A DNA stretch of 33,922 nucleotides from a virus (lineage: Duplodnaviria; Caudoviricetes), in IMG/VR virus record IMGVR_UViG_3300016675_000431, positions 1 to 33,922 of that record, one strand, 5' to 3'. A model generated the notes under the pieces. It worked only from the letters and a program-made list of their open reading frames with translations, searched no databases and was not told the DNA's origin. The position numbers and the translations under genes were made by a program. Shown here one piece after another: positions 32,033-33,922 of this stretch. How positions within the stretch are numbered: position 1 is the first letter of the stretch; the number at the start of each line of letters is the position of its first letter.

Positions 32033-33922
32033 TTAGATACGTAAAGGCCATGTTTGGCCCGTTGTAGGTTTATCAGGTGTGTAGCCTTCTCTTAAGGCAT
32101 CTATAAATTCATCTTCTAAATCAGCATAGTATGAGGCTACAATTTGTGAGCCATCCCATGTAAATCCGAAAGGAATAGCGTAAGGGAACATTCTGTCATT
32201 ATAAACAAAAATAACACCATCTTCAAAGGTTCTTACTTTATATTCTCCTCTAAGTCCTCGTAAATCTGTTGCTAGTGTATTGAAATAAACTAAACGAGAT
32301 GTAATATTAGTATCTCTAAGTGTTGTGTAGTTACTAAGTGTCCAAAAAGGAGTGTCTACACCTAAATCATAATTTTCTTGATAAGCAGCAATTGCTGACC
32401 AGCTAACAACAGATGTAAAAAAATCATTTTTTAGTGCCTGTAATCCAGCAGCATTTAAACCTGAGTTATATGTAAATCCAAACGTACCAGCAACATCATA
32501 AAGGTCTTTGTAACCACCTTTTCTACCTTCATCATATACCCATTCTTGGGATGAATCTCTGAGTCCTTCTAAGTACACTTGATAATCGAAATCAGACAAA
32601 CCAGTAGAATTTGTATGGTCATAAGAAAATCCATATTGTGTACGGGAACGCTCTAAAATATGTTTCAATCCACCAATTCTACCAGTGGCTTGAATTTTAT
32701 TTTTATAATCGTCTTTTAGATTATCGTATTGGTTTGTGGTAGAAACTAATTCTAATCCAGTAATAGTTGTAAAGTTTCTCCAATCAAAACCTTCTAATAA
32801 TCCCTCATCAAATATTCTTTGACTTGCTCTTAAGAAACCTGAACCCCAAATAGTATTTAATAATTTAGTTGATTCAGTTAATGTGTACGTTGTACTGTTC
32901 CAAGCTGAGTAACCTTCAGGTAATCCTCGTGTTGTTTGTACTGTTGCTGCTGAAGTAAATATAGATTGTATTGTACTAGACTCTGATAATACTGCTTGGT
33001 CTTGTTGAATTTTTAATAGATAATCATCTTTTAAGTTGTTTAAATAATTACCATCCGTACTATTTGTATCATAAATAAATAAGGGATATTCTCCATACAC
33101 AGAATGATAAGCTGACACTCCACCTTGATTATTTACAGAATTTAGTGTTTGTACGGCTCGATTTTCATAATAAACGGGTGAAGTTTGAGTATTATCATAA
33201 TGATTTGTACCCAGAAAAGGATTTGCTGCATCCAAGTAAATCTTTGCTGTTCTAATTATTTCAAAATTAGCAATAGTATTAACAAAACTTTGTCTTGTTG
33301 GGGCTGTATCCCAAGTTCCCCCAGCTAGTATACTTGTAGAATCAAAACCTCTGCTATCACCTAAAGGATAGATTGCCTCTGCAAATGCTCGTCTACCATC
33401 TATTACACCTTGTGGGTAATCATTTCTTATACTCTTATCATTTAAACTAGAATAACTGGTTAAAACAGTAGTAGGAGTTGTACCATTAAAATCTCGTGAA
33501 TATGCATTTTGCCCTGTTGTAACTACAATTCGATATGTTCCTGTTAGTTTACTAACATTTACCTCTCTTAACTTATCAAATCCACCTGATTCACTACGAC
33601 CTGCAATTAAAATTTCCCCTTCTACATTAGATATTAATTCCAATACATAAAAAACAAGTGCTACTGGTTTATCAAAATTAACAGAGACTTTATCTGTGGT
33701 AGGATTAACAGCTATTACATCAATTGAAGTTACAACAGCTTCTTGTGCGGCAAATAACAATTCTAAAGGTGAAACACTACGGAATAATCTTCTGGATAAA
33801 AATTGACGTGATGCGTATCTAGGAACCTCAGAAAATTCATTTAAAGTAATTAAGGAAGGAGCAAAAGACTCTATTCGTTCAAGATTATGATAAAGAAAAT
33901 TATCATCATCACGATACAAATA
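32033..33922 (-). CDS. Partial (5' end off window) repeat-rich protein, probably virion structural
   Basis: Frame is open to the window edge, so the track start is likely an internal TTG; T/G/Y/F-rich with degenerate repeats such as NLKDDY..KIQ twice. Confidence 0.8.
   Translation of the reverse strand, partial: YLYRDDDNFLYHNLERIESFAPSLITLNEFSEVPRYASRQFLSRRLFRSVSPLELLFAAQEAVVTSIDVIAVNPTTDKVSVNFDKPVALVFYVLELISNVEGEILIAGRSESGGFDKLREVNVSKLTGTYRIVVTTGQNAYSRDFNGTTPTTVLTSYSSLNDKSIRNDYPQGVIDGRRAFAEAIYPLGDSRGFDSTSILAGGTWDTAPTRQSFVNTIANFEIIRTAKIYLDAANPFLGTNHYDNTQTSPVYYENRAVQTLNSVNNQGGVSAYHSVYGEYPLFIYDTNSTDGNYLNNLKDDYLLKIQQDQAVLSESSTIQSIFTSAATVQTTRGLPEGYSAWNSTTYTLTESTKLLNTIWGSGFLRASQRIFDEGLLEGFDWRNFTTITGLELVSTTNQYDNLKDDYKNKIQATGRIGGLKHILERSRTQYGFSYDHTNSTGLSDFDYQVYLEGLRDSSQEWVYDEGRKGGYKDLYDVAGTFGFTYNSGLNAAGLQALKNDFFTSVVSWSAIAAYQENYDLGVDTPFWTLSNYTTLRDTNITSRLVYFNTLATDLRGLRGEYKVRTFEDGVIFVYNDRMFPYAIPFGFTWDGSQIVASYYADLEDEFIDALREGYTPDKPTTGQTWPLRI

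Noticed and set aside
1-33922. Genome-wide stop-codon reassignment as the explanation for the polA stop
   Set aside because: TAA ends most genes here with tight coupling to the next start, and very long ORFs are intact under the standard code.

Overview
AT-rich, densely coding segment of a large tailed-phage (Caudoviricetes) genome, with no host housekeeping genes, rRNA, tRNA or CRISPR seen. A long minus-strand head/virion cluster (about 1-23963) encodes a very large portal protein, a SNF2-like ATPase, an Acb1-like 2H phosphoesterase fusion, a KS-rich scaffold-like protein and many unknown proteins. It is divergent from a plus-strand packaging unit (HTH protein, probable TerS, TerL, Hc1-like nucleoid protein). 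After that come a DUF551-like gene, a family A DNA polymerase broken by one in-frame TAA, a RyR-domain gene and a partial repeat-rich virion-like gene. Three different inteins interrupt the SNF2 ATPase (class 3-type, starting with Glu), the portal (LAGLIDADG, Gly-Asn end) and TerL (HNH). Main hunts: the polA internal stop inside a conserved motif, a short motif shared by several neighbouring head-cluster proteins, recurring K-S candidate maturation sites, a possibly virion-packaged anti-CBASS enzyme, a thrice-repeated TATAATTAAATA candidate late promoter, and several near-leaderless promoters. All family calls come from motif recognition by eye; no searches were run.
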